From NCBI GenBank assembly GCA_026396805.1, contig JAPLVZ010000012.1:8127-72126 (forward strand): DNA of 64,000 bases. Reading direction: 5' to 3'. This DNA is from Candidatus Falkowbacteria bacterium. Lineage in GTDB: Bacteria; Patescibacteriota; Patescibacteriia; Patescibacteriales; UBA12465. Shown here piece after piece: positions 1 through 10,176 of this stretch. The notes beneath the pieces are model-generated. The model saw only the letters and a program-made list of their open reading frames with translations, did not search any database and was not told the origin of the DNA. A program made the position numbers and the translations under genes. The first letter of the stretch is position 1. Each line of letters starts with the position of its first letter.

Positions 1-1674
1 CTCTTTGACGGAAGTTATGCCGTCCAAAACTTTTAGGATGCCATCTTGGAGCATGGTAATCATGCCGTCTTCAATGGCTTGCTGCAAAATCTTGAAAGAG
101 GGAGCTTGGTCAATGGTTAATTGTTTGATTTTATCGCTCATCGTAAAGATTTCGTAAATACCGACCCGGTCTTTATAACCGATGAAATTACATTTAGCGC
201 AACCCGGTCCGGCTTGATAGATTGTCGGCAGGGTGGCTGGAACGCTGACACCGGCCTTAGGCGACAAAACCGCTAGAATCTTATTAACCTGTTCGGCTTC
301 GGAATTTTCTAACTTATGTTCGACGCGACAATACGGACAGAGCTTCCTGACCAGGCGTTGGCCGATAATGACGTTGATAGACGGAGCCAGGAAATATGGT
401 TTGACCCCGATGTCTATTAAGCGCGGGATGGAACTGGCCGCGTCGTTAGTGTGCATAGTTGTTAAGACTAAGTGACCGGTCAAAGAAGCCTGGATGGCGA
501 TTTCCGCGGTTTCTAAATCGCGGATTTCTCCGACCATGACGATGTTCGGGTCTTGGCGCAGGATAGAACGCAGGCCGTCGGAAAAAGTATAGCCGCGCTT
601 CTCATCGACTTGGCTTTGGTTTATGCCTTTAAGCTGATATTCAATCGGATCTTCCAGCGTAATTATCTTGGTGCCCGGCTGGTTTAACTTATTCAAAGCG
701 GCGTATAAAGTCGTGGTTTTGCCGCTGCCGGTCGGGCCGACGGTTATTATCAATCCGTTCGGTTTGGCGATTTCTTTCATTAGTAAAGGTCTGATTTCCG
801 ATCTGATTCCCAAACTTTCAAATTCCAAGGCAGTCGCGGTCGAGTCTAAAAGACGCATCACCACACTTTCTCCGTACGCGGTCGGGAGGAATGAACAGCG
901 GACATCTATCTTCTTATTGGACAAATAAATAGTATAGCGTCCGTCTTGCGGTTTGTTTTCAATGTTTATCTTGACGCGAGCCAATATTTTCAAGCGGGCG
1001 ACTATTTTGTCCCATTTGGCTCGGCTGATAACGGCCGCTTCTTGTAAGACGCCATCGATCCTGATCCTGATGACGACGCCATTTTCTTCGGCTTCAATAT
1101 GGATATCGCTGCCGCCGACTTTTATCGCCGTCGCCAGCATCAGAGTGACGATATCGGTGATGTTTACTTCGTTTATTTTTTCATTCAAGCTTTTATAGCT
1201 GCTGATATCTTTTTTGAATTTTTCCAAATTCTCTTCGGTTATTTCAACGCCGCTTTCGTATTTTTTTATCTTCGGCAGGGATTTATAAGCGTCAAGTCCG
1301 ATCGCGAAACTGGTCAGAGAGATCAAATATAATCTAGTGTCGGCGAAATATTGGTCGCCGAGACGAGCTAATTCGTCTTTTACTTCAGTCGTCGGGCTGA
1401 CACAGCCGAGGCGGATATTTTTTCCGTCATAATAGAAACAGATGGCGCCGATTTCTTTGGCTCTCTCTTCTTGAATCAGCGACAAGGCTTCGGGACTGAT
1501 CGGGAAACCGGTCAGGCTGACATAATCAAAACCAAGTTGAGCGGCCGCCCGCTTAGTTTCTTTTTCAATTTCTTTTTCTTTTATTTCCCCCTGTTTTTTA
1601 GCAAAACGACCGGCGGCGCTTTCTTCGTCATCGGTCGGATTGATCAGATTTTCAATAGAATCGAGATCACTCAT
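1..1674 (-). CDS. pilB: Type IV pilus / type II secretion assembly ATPase (GspE/PilB family); C-terminus runs off the left window edge
   Basis: Absent from the ORF track because it has no stop inside the window. My reverse-strand translation from the ATG (complement of 1672-1674) stays open for 558 codons down to base 1. It gives VGPTGSGKTTTLYAALNKL (Walker A), NIVMVGEIRDLETAEIA, SLTGHLVLTTMHTNDA and a CPYC...CAKC tetracysteine motif, ending ...MLQDGILKVLDGITSVKE. Confidence 0.88.
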   Translation of the reverse strand, partial: MSDLDSIENLINPTDDEESAAGRFAKKQGEIKEKEIEKETKRAAAQLGFDYVSLTGFPISPEALSLIQEERAKEIGAICFYYDGKNIRLGCVSPTTEVKDELARLGDQYFADTRLYLISLTSFAIGLDAYKSLPKIKKYESGVEITEENLEKFKKDISSYKSLNEKINEVNITDIVTLMLATAIKVGGSDIHIEAEENGVVIRIRIDGVLQEAAVISRAKWDKIVARLKILARVKINIENKPQDGRYTIYLSNKKIDVRCSFLPTAYGESVVMRLLDSTATALEFESLGIRSEIRPLLMKEIAKPNGLIITVGPTGSGKTTTLYAALNKLNQPGTKIITLEDPIEYQLKGINQSQVDEKRGYTFSDGLRSILRQDPNIVMVGEIRDLETAEIAIQASLTGHLVLTTMHTNDAASSIPRLIDIGVKPYFLAPSINVIIGQRLVRKLCPYCRVEHKLENSEAEQVNKILAVLSPKAGVSVPATLPTIYQAGPGCAKCNFIGYKDRVGIYEIFTMSDKIKQLTIDQAPSFKILQQAIEDGMITMLQDGILKVLDGITSVKE

Positions 1675-1690
1675 AGATTTGAGGAGCCAA

Positions 1691-2686
1691 TTATTTTTTT
1701 GCGTTTATCCGGTAGCGTCCGAAGAGGCGTTCCAATTTCGCTAAGCCGCCTTCTTCTTTTAATTGCCAGAACAGGCCGGTCCAAGAAGCGGTCTGGAAAG
1801 TCGTTAAGGCGGATCCGAAGGTGACAACCACCACTATCGCCAAGAAGAGGATTAATATCACCAGCCAGAAAAGATTAAGCATCAAACCCAGTAAGCCAAG
1901 CGGCAATAAGAATAGAGCCAGGAAAATCAGAACTAGGCCGCTGAAGAGAAAGTTAAGCAGGAATAGAATAATGGCCATTTCTAGACTGACGAGCCAATTG
2001 TCGCGGAACAGTTTCGCGCCCGCCTCTAAAGAAGCGATGAAAGATTTATTGGTTATGACTTTATAGGCGATAGCGTATTTGATTAGGAGCGATAAGCTCA
2101 TGGCCAGTGGAATAAAAATAACAAAAATGATGACGTAAACGACGAATAAGACCGAGGCGTTGCTTATCGTCATGAAAAGAAGAGGCAGACCGACGATGAA
2201 AACAACAAAATAAATCAAGATTTTTATGGAGACATTTAAGCCCAGCACCGGCCAAAAATGGCGGCAGCCTTCACTAAGGCTATCGCGGATGCTTAAATTT
2301 TCCGGTTTTTTCTTGGCGGTTAAGATCTTTTTCACGCTGCCGACTAAGGCCGCTTGAGAAGTGATGGCCAGCCAAATAAAGGAAATTAATAAAATCGCGG
2401 TGATAAGTAATATGGATAAGGTGTTCAGAATCATCCAGAAGTCCTGTTGGAACAGATTGGCCAGTCCCAGACAGAAATTTTTCAAGATATCGCCGATAGC
2501 CAAGATATTTCCTAAATGGAGATATGAACCCTCAATCGGATTGCGGCCGAGATTCTGGGTTATCACTTGGTATTCCCAAGAGCCGCCGCCAGCCACTAAA
2601 GAGGCGAATAATCCTAAAAACCACAAATATTTGTGTTTCCAAGTGACTACCCAAGCTTGTTTCAAAATGTTTCTGTGTGAAAACAT
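1691..2686 (-). CDS. Polytopic membrane protein of unknown function, directly upstream of pilB on the same strand
   Basis: 331-aa ORF with many long hydrophobic segments. Its stop lies 16 nt before the pilB start. No motif recognised. Confidence 0.6.
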   Translation of the reverse strand: MFSHRNILKQAWVVTWKHKYLWFLGLFASLVAGGGSWEYQVITQNLGRNPIEGSYLHLGNILAIGDILKNFCLGLANLFQQDFWMILNTLSILLITAILLISFIWLAITSQAALVGSVKKILTAKKKPENLSIRDSLSEGCRHFWPVLGLNVSIKILIYFVVFIVGLPLLFMTISNASVLFVVYVIIFVIFIPLAMSLSLLIKYAIAYKVITNKSFIASLEAGAKLFRDNWLVSLEMAIILFLLNFLFSGLVLIFLALFLLPLGLLGLMLNLFWLVILILFLAIVVVVTFGSALTTFQTASWTGLFWQLKEEGGLAKLERLFGRYRINAKK

Positions 2687-2773
2687 AAGATTAAAAATTA
2701 ATTGAAAAATTCGAAAAAGTCTGATATTATTATAACATAATTTTTTAATTATGCCAAAAGTTAATATCTATAT

Positions 2774-4030
2774 ATGTCTAGAGTTATAATCGATAAAAAG
2801 CTGGTGACGGAGCTATTGACCCGGGGGGTAGAAAAAATTTATCCGAGTTACGCCAATTTGGAGAAGAAACTTTTAAGCGGTGAGAGAATCCGGCTTTATT
2901 GCGGTTATGATCCGACCGCTTCGTCTTTACATATCGGTAACGCCATTTCTATCAATAAACTGGGACAATTCCAGGCCTTGGGGCACGAGGTAATCTTCTT
3001 AGTCGGTGACTTTACCGGACTTATCGGCGATCCGACCGACAAGAAAGCGACGCGCCGGAAAATGACACGCGAAGAGATTTTGGCTAACGCCGCTCATTAT
3101 CAGGAACAAGCTTCGGCTTATTTGAAATTTGACGGCGATAATCCGGCCAAAATAATGTATAACAGCGCTTGGAACGATAAATTGACTTTCCGCGAGCTGA
3201 TAGAATTATCCTCTAATTTTACCGTCCAACAGATGATTCAGCGCGATATGTTTCAGGAAAGATTAAAAGAAGAGAAACCGATTTATCTGCATGAGTTCTT
3301 ATATCCGTTAACCCAGGCTTACGACAGCGTGGTGCTCAACGTGGATCTGGAAATCGGCGGCAACGATCAGATGTTTAATATGATGTGCGGCCGGGATTTG
3401 TTGAGGGCGCTCAAGAATAAAGAAAAATCAGTCTTGACCATGAAGCTTCTCGCCGATGGGAGCGGGAAAAAGATGGGTAAGAGCGAAGGGAATGTGGTTT
3501 TTTTAAATGTTGCGGCTAATGATATGTACGGCCAGATAATGTCTTGGCCGGACGGGATTATTATTTCCGCCCTGGAATTATGTACCAATATTCCGATGAC
3601 TGAAGTCAAAAAGATTGAGAGCGAATTGAAAAATGGAAAAGCTAATCCGCGCGATTTTAAGATGAAACTCGCTTGGGAAATCACGAAAATTAATCGCGGC
3701 CAGGCGGCGGCGGAAAAGGCTCAAGAAAATTTCGTGAGTACTATCCAGAAAAAAGAGATACCGGAGGAAATCGAAGTTTATAAGGTTACAAAAAAACAAA
3801 ATACTCTAGTTGATTTATTGGTGGAGACGAAACTTGTTAAAAGTAAGACCGAAGCGCGCCAGAAAATCGAAGAAGGGGCGATTAAGATCAAACCGGAAAA
3901 GAACGGGCGAGCCAATACCGGCGAGATGATGGTCGTAAAAGACGTGAAGAAAGAAATAAACTTTAACGGCGATATGACTTCGATTATTATCCAGAAGGGA
4001 AAGTTTAATTTTGTTCGGGTGATTTTATAG
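2774..4030 (+). CDS. tyrS: Tyrosyl-tRNA synthetase
   Basis: 418 aa. YCGYDPTASSLHIGN (HIGH motif) and KMGKS (KMSKS motif) are present, with a C-terminal S4-like domain. Confidence 0.95.
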   Translation: MSRVIIDKKLVTELLTRGVEKIYPSYANLEKKLLSGERIRLYCGYDPTASSLHIGNAISINKLGQFQALGHEVIFLVGDFTGLIGDPTDKKATRRKMTREEILANAAHYQEQASAYLKFDGDNPAKIMYNSAWNDKLTFRELIELSSNFTVQQMIQRDMFQERLKEEKPIYLHEFLYPLTQAYDSVVLNVDLEIGGNDQMFNMMCGRDLLRALKNKEKSVLTMKLLADGSGKKMGKSEGNVVFLNVAANDMYGQIMSWPDGIIISALELCTNIPMTEVKKIESELKNGKANPRDFKMKLAWEITKINRGQAAAEKAQENFVSTIQKKEIPEEIEVYKVTKKQNTLVDLLVETKLVKSKTEARQKIEEGAIKIKPEKNGRANTGEMMVVKDVKKEINFNGDMTSIIIQKGKFNFVRVIL

Positions 4031-4080
4031 ATGTATTAGGCTTAGAGGTGACGACCTTATAAGATATGTATGTATAAGAT

Positions 4081-5772
4081 ATGTATATATTAGAAGACTT
4101 AAAATCAAAGATTGCCTCCGCCTTAAAACTGGAAAGGGTGAATTTTTCTTATCCGCCGAATCCGGCCCTGGGGGATTTAAGTCTTATTTGTTTTGAAGCG
4201 GCTAAAGCGGCGGGGAAAAATCCGGCGGAATTCGCATTAAATCTGGCGACGGAGTTAAAAGCCGATAAAGAACTCCAAAAATATTTTTCCGACATCAAGG
4301 CGACCGGCCCCTATCTTAACTTTTTTATTTCCCTTGGATATCTGGCTGATTCGGTCGTCAAACAGGTGAAAAAAGAGCGGGTCGCGTATGGATTTAATAA
4401 GAGCGGCGCCGGCCAGTCGGTTATGATTGAATATTCCAACGGCAATACGCACAAGGAATATCATATCGGACATCTGCGTAATATCTCTTACGGCGACGCG
4501 ATAAATCATTTATTGCGAGCCAATGGTTATGAGTCCATTCCAGTTTCTTATATTAATGATTTCGGTATCCACGTCGCTAAGACTATTTGGAATTGGCGGA
4601 AGAATCCGAATTACGCGGATCGGCCGGAAAATAAAGGTTATCTCTTGGGCAAATGTTATGCCGCGGCCAGTCGCGAATTAACCGCTAATCCGGAGTATAA
4701 GGAAGAAGTGGGAAAAATTATGACGGAAATCGAAAACCGGAGCGGCGCTAATCATAAATTTTGGCGAGAAACTAGGGGTTGGAGCATTGATTATTTTGCC
4801 TCCATATATAAGGAGTTGGATATTAAATTTCAACATATTTTTTACGAGAGCGAAGTGATTGACGCCGGCTTAAAATTAGTTAAAGAGCTGTTGGTTAAGG
4901 GAGTTTTAAAAAAGAGCGAAGGGGCGATTATCGCCGATTTGGAAAAATACGGCCTCGGCGTTTTGCCGATTATCCGTTCCGACGGAACTGCGCTTTATCC
5001 GGCCGCCGATTTAAGCTTAGCTTCGGAAAAATTTAAAAAATATGACCTATCCCGTTCTATTTACGTCGTTGACGTGCGACAGAGCTTATATTTTGAACAG
5101 CTGTTTAAGATTCTTGAACTTATCGGCTATCAACAGCCGTTAGTCCACCTGACTTATGACTTCGTGACGCTTCCGAGCGGGATGATGTCTTCACGCACCG
5201 GCAATGTCATCACTTATCAGGAATTGCGCGATAAGCTTTTTGCCAGGCTATCAGAGGAGACCGGTTCCCGCCATAAGAATTGGGCTGCCGGCCGGATTAA
5301 GGAAGTGGCTCTGGCTTTGACGATCGCGACGATTAAGTTTGAGATGCTCAAAGTCAGCGCCGATAAGATAATCACTTTTAATATTGACGAGGCGGCGCGC
5401 TTTGACGGTTATACGGCTTGTTATTTAGAGTACGGTTATGCTAGATTAAAAAGTATCGTCCGTAAAAAAGGCTTCAGTTTCGGCGCCGCCGATTTAAATC
5501 GGCTGACAGAGCCGAAAGAAAAAGAATTACTAATCAGAATGGCTAAATATCCGGAAGTGATAGCGTCGGCTGGAGAGAAATATAATCCGAGCGAAGTCAC
5601 AAGATATTTATTTGAGCTGGTTCAGCTCTTCAACGACTATTACCATGAGATTAATATTCTGAAAGCGAAACCGAAGATTAGAAAAGCTCGCTTGGCTTTA
5701 ATTAAAACGCTGGCCCAGGTCTTGCACAACGGTTTTGATATTTTGGGTCTGAAAGCGCTGGAAGAGATGTAA
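4081..5772 (+). CDS. argS: Arginyl-tRNA synthetase
   Basis: 563 aa. NGNTHKEYHIGHLRN (HIGH region) is present, MMSSRTGN sits at the KMSKS position as in ArgRS, and there is a C-terminal anticodon-binding (DALR-like) region. Confidence 0.93.
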   Translation: MYILEDLKSKIASALKLERVNFSYPPNPALGDLSLICFEAAKAAGKNPAEFALNLATELKADKELQKYFSDIKATGPYLNFFISLGYLADSVVKQVKKERVAYGFNKSGAGQSVMIEYSNGNTHKEYHIGHLRNISYGDAINHLLRANGYESIPVSYINDFGIHVAKTIWNWRKNPNYADRPENKGYLLGKCYAAASRELTANPEYKEEVGKIMTEIENRSGANHKFWRETRGWSIDYFASIYKELDIKFQHIFYESEVIDAGLKLVKELLVKGVLKKSEGAIIADLEKYGLGVLPIIRSDGTALYPAADLSLASEKFKKYDLSRSIYVVDVRQSLYFEQLFKILELIGYQQPLVHLTYDFVTLPSGMMSSRTGNVITYQELRDKLFARLSEETGSRHKNWAAGRIKEVALALTIATIKFEMLKVSADKIITFNIDEAARFDGYTACYLEYGYARLKSIVRKKGFSFGAADLNRLTEPKEKELLIRMAKYPEVIASAGEKYNPSEVTRYLFELVQLFNDYYHEINILKAKPKIRKARLALIKTLAQVLHNGFDILGLKALEEM

Positions 5773-5828
5773 AGAAAAGCGTCTCCGATAAGATAACGCT
5801 TTAGATAATAAATAGAAGCCAGAAATAT

Positions 5829-7217
5829 ATGAAGAAAAAAGAGACTGACAATTCTTTAGATAAAATTATCTCCCTGTGCAAGCGACGGGGTTTTGTTTTT
5901 CCGTCCTCGGAAATTTACGACGGTTTCGCGGCGGTTTATGACTTCGGGCCTTACGGCGTGGAACTGGCGAATAATATCAAGAAAGAATGGTGGAAAGCGA
6001 TGACGCAATTGCGCGACGATATTGTCGGTCTGGATGCGGCGATTTTTATGAGTCCGAAAGTCTGGGAAGCATCCGGGCATGTTAAAGGTTTTTCCGACCC
6101 CTTAACTGAATGCCGGAAATGCCATGCGCGTTCAAGATTGGACGCCTTGCTGGAAGAAGCGGGAGTCTTCGCCGATGAAAAAATGACCGAAGAAGAAATT
6201 AATCATATTTTTGACAAAAATAAAGAAAAAATTAAATGTCCGGCCTGCGGGGCAAGTGATTTTACGCCCGGTCGCAAGTTTAATTTACTCGTCCAATCTA
6301 ATTTGGGGAATTTTACCGGCGATTGGATCAAAGAACCGACTTATTTGCGCGGTGAAACCTGCCAGGGAATTTATGTTAACTATAAAAATGTTCTTGATTC
6401 GGCGCGCGTGAGGATTCCTTTTGGAATCGCCCAGATTGGCAAGGCTTTCCGCAATGAAATTACGGCGCGCCAATTTATTTTCCGGACGCGCGAATTTGAA
6501 CAGATGGAAATGCAATATTTTATTAAACCGGGAGACGATAAAAAATACTATGACGAATGGAAAGAAGCGCGCTGGCAGTTTTATCTGGGGCTGGGAATCA
6601 ATCCTGATAATCTAAAGTGGCATAAGCATGAAAATTTAGTTTTCTACGCGAAAGAGGCCTATGACATTGAATATCGCTACCCGTTTGGATTTAGGGAGTT
6701 GGAAGGAGTACATGCCCGCGGCGATTATGATTTAACGCAGCACAGTAAATATTCCGGTCAAGATTTGAATTATTTGGATCCGGCGACGAATGAGAAATTT
6801 ACGCCGCATATCGTCGAAACTTCCGCCGGTGTCGGTCGAACTTTCTTGGCGGTGCTATGCGAGGGCTATAAAGAAGAGGAGTTAGAGGGAGAGACCAGAG
6901 TAGTTTTAAAGCTTTTACCGAAGCTCGCGCCGATTAAGATCGCGGTTTTCCCTCTGTTAAAGAATAAATCCGAACTCGTGAGCAAGGCGCGAGAAATATT
7001 TGATAAATTAAAGCTGACCTGGCGCTGTGAGTTTGATGATAACGGTAATATCGGCAAGCGCTATCGTCGCCAAGACGAGATCGGCACCCCTTATTGCTTG
7101 ACGATTGATTTTGACACTTTAACTAATTCGGAAGTGACGGTGCGCAATCGTGATACTATGCAACAAGAGAGAATTAAGATAATTGATTTGGAAAATTTTT
7201 TCCGGGAGCGATTATAA
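5829..7217 (+). CDS. glyQS: Glycyl-tRNA synthetase (dimeric class II type)
   Basis: 462 aa. The N-terminus LCKRRGFVFPSSEIYDGF is typical of GlyQS. Class II core motifs and a C-terminal anticodon-binding domain are present. Confidence 0.95.
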   Translation: MKKKETDNSLDKIISLCKRRGFVFPSSEIYDGFAAVYDFGPYGVELANNIKKEWWKAMTQLRDDIVGLDAAIFMSPKVWEASGHVKGFSDPLTECRKCHARSRLDALLEEAGVFADEKMTEEEINHIFDKNKEKIKCPACGASDFTPGRKFNLLVQSNLGNFTGDWIKEPTYLRGETCQGIYVNYKNVLDSARVRIPFGIAQIGKAFRNEITARQFIFRTREFEQMEMQYFIKPGDDKKYYDEWKEARWQFYLGLGINPDNLKWHKHENLVFYAKEAYDIEYRYPFGFRELEGVHARGDYDLTQHSKYSGQDLNYLDPATNEKFTPHIVETSAGVGRTFLAVLCEGYKEEELEGETRVVLKLLPKLAPIKIAVFPLLKNKSELVSKAREIFDKLKLTWRCEFDDNGNIGKRYRRQDEIGTPYCLTIDFDTLTNSEVTVRNRDTMQQERIKIIDLENFFRERL

Positions 7218-7256
7218 GGGCCGAAAAAACTCTTGTGAAGAGAAAAAAATAAAAAT

Positions 7257-7290
7257 CCGTCGCTCTCGGAATCGAGCGGCGGTTTTTTTT
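7257..7290 (+). terminator. Rho-independent terminator after glyQS
   Basis: Stem ccgtcgctc (7257-7265) pairs with gagcggcgg (7274-7282), followed by T8 (7283-7290). Confidence 0.65.
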
Positions 7291-7483
7291 GGTAGTCAGA
7301 CGAATTTTTTATAAGCTGGAGAAATTTTTGCGGGCGCGACGAAAAAATATCGCCGCTCAATCGGAAAAAACAAAAAAACTATTGCTACTTATTTCAATAA
7401 GTTATATAATTAAGATAAGGGATAAAATTTTTTAAAGAATAAAATAAATAGATTCTAATTTATTTAAGAAAGGGGGTGATATT

Positions 7484-7594
7484 ATGAAAAAGAAAGCTGC
7501 AAAAAAGGCTGTCAAAAAAGTCGCCAAGAGAAAAGTCGCTAAAAGACCGGCGAAGAAGGCGGCTAAGAAAAAGACTGCCAAAAGAAAAAGATAA
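7484..7594 (+). CDS. 36-aa Lys/Ala-rich highly basic small protein (histone-H1-tail-like composition)
   Basis: Below the ORF-track size cut-off. ATG at 7484 is preceded by agggggtga (a strong SD) at 7471-7479. Translation is MKKKAAKKAVKKVAKRKVAKRPAKKAAKKKTAKRKR with stop at 7592-7594. It sits alone in a 600-bp intergenic gap. Confidence 0.55.
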   Translation: MKKKAAKKAVKKVAKRKVAKRPAKKAAKKKTAKRKR

Positions 7595-7810
7595 TTTTTA
7601 AAATTTATTTTATTGATAAATTTTATTGATTTGAAAATTATACAGAAACCGGCCTGCGGAATCAGGGTGGTTTTTGTATTAGGGGAATATTATAGGTAAA
7701 GGGCTATTGATATAAAGCTCGAAAAAGACTATTGAAAAAGCCGTCAATTGTTGATGACGGCTTTTACGAGTTTTACGAGCGATTTTTTCGGATTTTTGTT
7801 TGTTTTGTGG

Positions 7811-8392
7811 TTAGAGTTTTTTAAACTCAATAAATTTTTGAGACCCAGGGATAGGAATCTGGCCGGCGTCTGTGCCAATCTTCATCCCGAAAGTAGCGCG
7901 GCAAGTACTTTTTGGTCGGATGTTCTCGTAGTTAAGTACTAATGTTTTCTTTCTACTCATTAAATCGTTTTTGATTTGGATTGTGACATCTGCTACGACT
8001 GTTTCGCCCAAAAACTGAGCATTAGTTGAGTAAAAATTTCTGTAGAGCTGAATCCCATTTTCTAATGTTAGCGTTCGGCGATAATGTGCCGGGACTGCAA
8101 TCAGTTGTATTCCATCAGATAAAGTTTTTCCGTTTGGAATTAAACAGAAATGCTCAGGGCACAAAAGCAGACATTTGTCTGATACTGGTGGAAATTTCAC
8201 CAGTACATTAGGTGCTTGATCAACGTGCGCAAAGGTTGCGTCTACATACAACGGCGCCTCAAGTTCATCAATAAGTTTCCTTAATTCTGGCTTTGTGATA
8301 CTGGAAAGTCTTTTTCCAATATTTTCTTTTATCCAGCTAGACAGGTCGGATTGAGATCCTGTTTCTAACACTTCTGAAAATTTTTTTGTCAT
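7811..8392 (-). CDS. Hypothetical protein
   Basis: 193-aa ORF with no overlap to neighbouring genes. No motif recognised. Confidence 0.5.
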   Translation of the reverse strand: MTKKFSEVLETGSQSDLSSWIKENIGKRLSSITKPELRKLIDELEAPLYVDATFAHVDQAPNVLVKFPPVSDKCLLLCPEHFCLIPNGKTLSDGIQLIAVPAHYRRTLTLENGIQLYRNFYSTNAQFLGETVVADVTIQIKNDLMSRKKTLVLNYENIRPKSTCRATFGMKIGTDAGQIPIPGSQKFIEFKKL

Positions 8393-8512
8393 GATAAATC
8401 CTCCAGTTTTTATTTTTTGGTTATTATTTAATTTTTAAAGAATCTAATCATTATATAACATTTATAAGTTTTTGTCAAGGCTTTAACTTTTCTTCATATC
8501 TGATCTTTTATA

Positions 8513-9400
8513 ATGAAAGGATGGCGTTTATATATAGGAGGTGATAATAAGCAAAATATGAAGAAAAATAGACAAAAATTGTTTAATATTATTAGAAAAA
8601 CAGCTCTAGCTCTAGCGGCGCTTTTTGGACTTATTTTACTTATTTTTGCGATTTTTGGGCGACCAAATCACGAATTGGAGCTTATTTTCTTGGACGTCGG
8701 TCAGGGAGACTCCACCCTTATTAAAACTCCCGACGGTAAAACAATCCTAATAGACGGCGGACCGGACAATAAAGTCTTACGAGGATTAGGTAAAAATTTA
8801 CCTTTTTATAAGCGGAGGATAAATTTTATAATTCTTAGCCATTATCATGATGACCATATCACCGGCTTAATAGAAGTTATCAAGCGTTATCGAGTCGGGA
8901 CTCTTATTTATCAGAGTAAGACTCCGGATTCTTTATTAATGGCCGATCTTTTAAAAATCGCTTCTCAATATAATGTCGAGCTTAAGCCCTTAGCCGGTCA
9001 AGCGGATTTATCCTTTGGAATAGGCTGCGACCTAAACCTTTTAAACCCAGATATTTTGGGAATAAAAAAAGACCCAAATAATTCTTTAGTTTCCCGGTTA
9101 GATTGTGGCGGCCAAAAATTTCTACTAGCCGGCGATAACCCGGCGGCGGCGGAGAAGGCGCTTCTTGCGTCCGGCTGGCCCCTGGAAGCTGATGTTTTTA
9201 AAGCCTCGCATCATGGCTCAAACACTTCTAACGGCGCGGAATTTTTGGAAAAAATCAATCCGCGCTTAATAGTTATATCCGTCGGAGCGGATAATCGCTT
9301 CGGTCATCCCGGCAGTTTTTTTCTAGAAAGAGCAACGGCTCTCAATATTCCAATCAAAAGAACGGATATTGAGGGCGACGTTAAAATTTTTGCTAAATAA
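8513..9400 (+). CDS. ComEC-type metallo-beta-lactamase-fold domain protein with an N-terminal membrane anchor (alternative start 8558)
   Basis: LDVGQGDSTLIKTPDGKTILIDGG, HYHDDHITGL and ASHHGSNTS match the MBL domain at the C-terminus of ComEC/Rec2. The competence channel domain is not present. Confidence 0.8.
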   Translation: MKGWRLYIGGDNKQNMKKNRQKLFNIIRKTALALAALFGLILLIFAIFGRPNHELELIFLDVGQGDSTLIKTPDGKTILIDGGPDNKVLRGLGKNLPFYKRRINFIILSHYHDDHITGLIEVIKRYRVGTLIYQSKTPDSLLMADLLKIASQYNVELKPLAGQADLSFGIGCDLNLLNPDILGIKKDPNNSLVSRLDCGGQKFLLAGDNPAAAEKALLASGWPLEADVFKASHHGSNTSNGAEFLEKINPRLIVISVGADNRFGHPGSFFLERATALNIPIKRTDIEGDVKIFAK

Positions 9401-9505
9401 TGCTTAATAATAACCAAAAAAGTCAAGGAAATTCGGTTGACCGAGAGGCTTTGGTTTGTTATAATAAAAATAAGGTTTCATAGCCTATTTTTATTGATTA
9501 CTTAT

Positions 9506-10159
9506 ATGATTATTACCTGGCAAGGACATTCCTGTTTCAAGCTTCAAGATAAGATCGGGCCCGAAGGTGCAACCGTCGTGACTGATCCGTTTAATAAAGA
9601 AGTGGGCCTAAAGGTTCCTAATTTTGAAGCGGATATCGTGACGGTTTCGCATCAACATCACGACCATAATAATGTCAGTGCCTTACGCGGCGCCCCTTTT
9701 ATTATTGATTGCGCCGGTGAATATGATTTTAAAGGCGTGCTGATTGAAGGGATTGATTCTTATCATGACGAAAAAGAAGGCGCCGAACGCGGCGGTAATA
9801 TTATTTATCGCATAGAAATCGATGATATTTCCGTAACGCATCTCGGCGACTTAGGACATATACTTAACGACGCTCAACTGGAAAAACTGGCCGGTACCGA
9901 TATCTTATTGATTCCGGTCGGTGGCAAATATACCCTGGATGCGAAAAAAGCGGTGGAAGTAATTTCTCAGATTGAACCGCGAATTGTTATCCCGATGCAT
10001 TATAAAACCAAGGATTCTAAAAATGAACAATTAGATATTGACGGAGTAGAAAAATTCATTAAAGAAATCGGTCTAACGCCGACTTATGAAGAAAAGTTAA
10101 AAATTTCCAAAAAAGACCTGCCGCTAGAAGACATGGAACTGGTGATTTTAAGTATTTAA
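9506..10159 (+). CDS. MBL-fold metal-dependent hydrolase (UPF0173-like)
   Basis: MIITWQGHSCFKLQ... and SHQHHDHNN motifs. The ATG at 9506 is preferred over the TTG at 9437 because homology starts there. Confidence 0.8.
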   Translation: MIITWQGHSCFKLQDKIGPEGATVVTDPFNKEVGLKVPNFEADIVTVSHQHHDHNNVSALRGAPFIIDCAGEYDFKGVLIEGIDSYHDEKEGAERGGNIIYRIEIDDISVTHLGDLGHILNDAQLEKLAGTDILLIPVGGKYTLDAKKAVEVISQIEPRIVIPMHYKTKDSKNEQLDIDGVEKFIKEIGLTPTYEEKLKISKKDLPLEDMELVILSI

Positions 10160-10176
10160 TTCAATTAATTTTTATC

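Noticed and set aside
668-1824. Plus-strand ORFs 668-928, 953-1198, 1099-1332 and 1471-1824
   Set aside because: All lie antisense to the long, motif-rich pilB-like reading frame on the minus strand. Their translations are low-complexity with no recognisable motifs.
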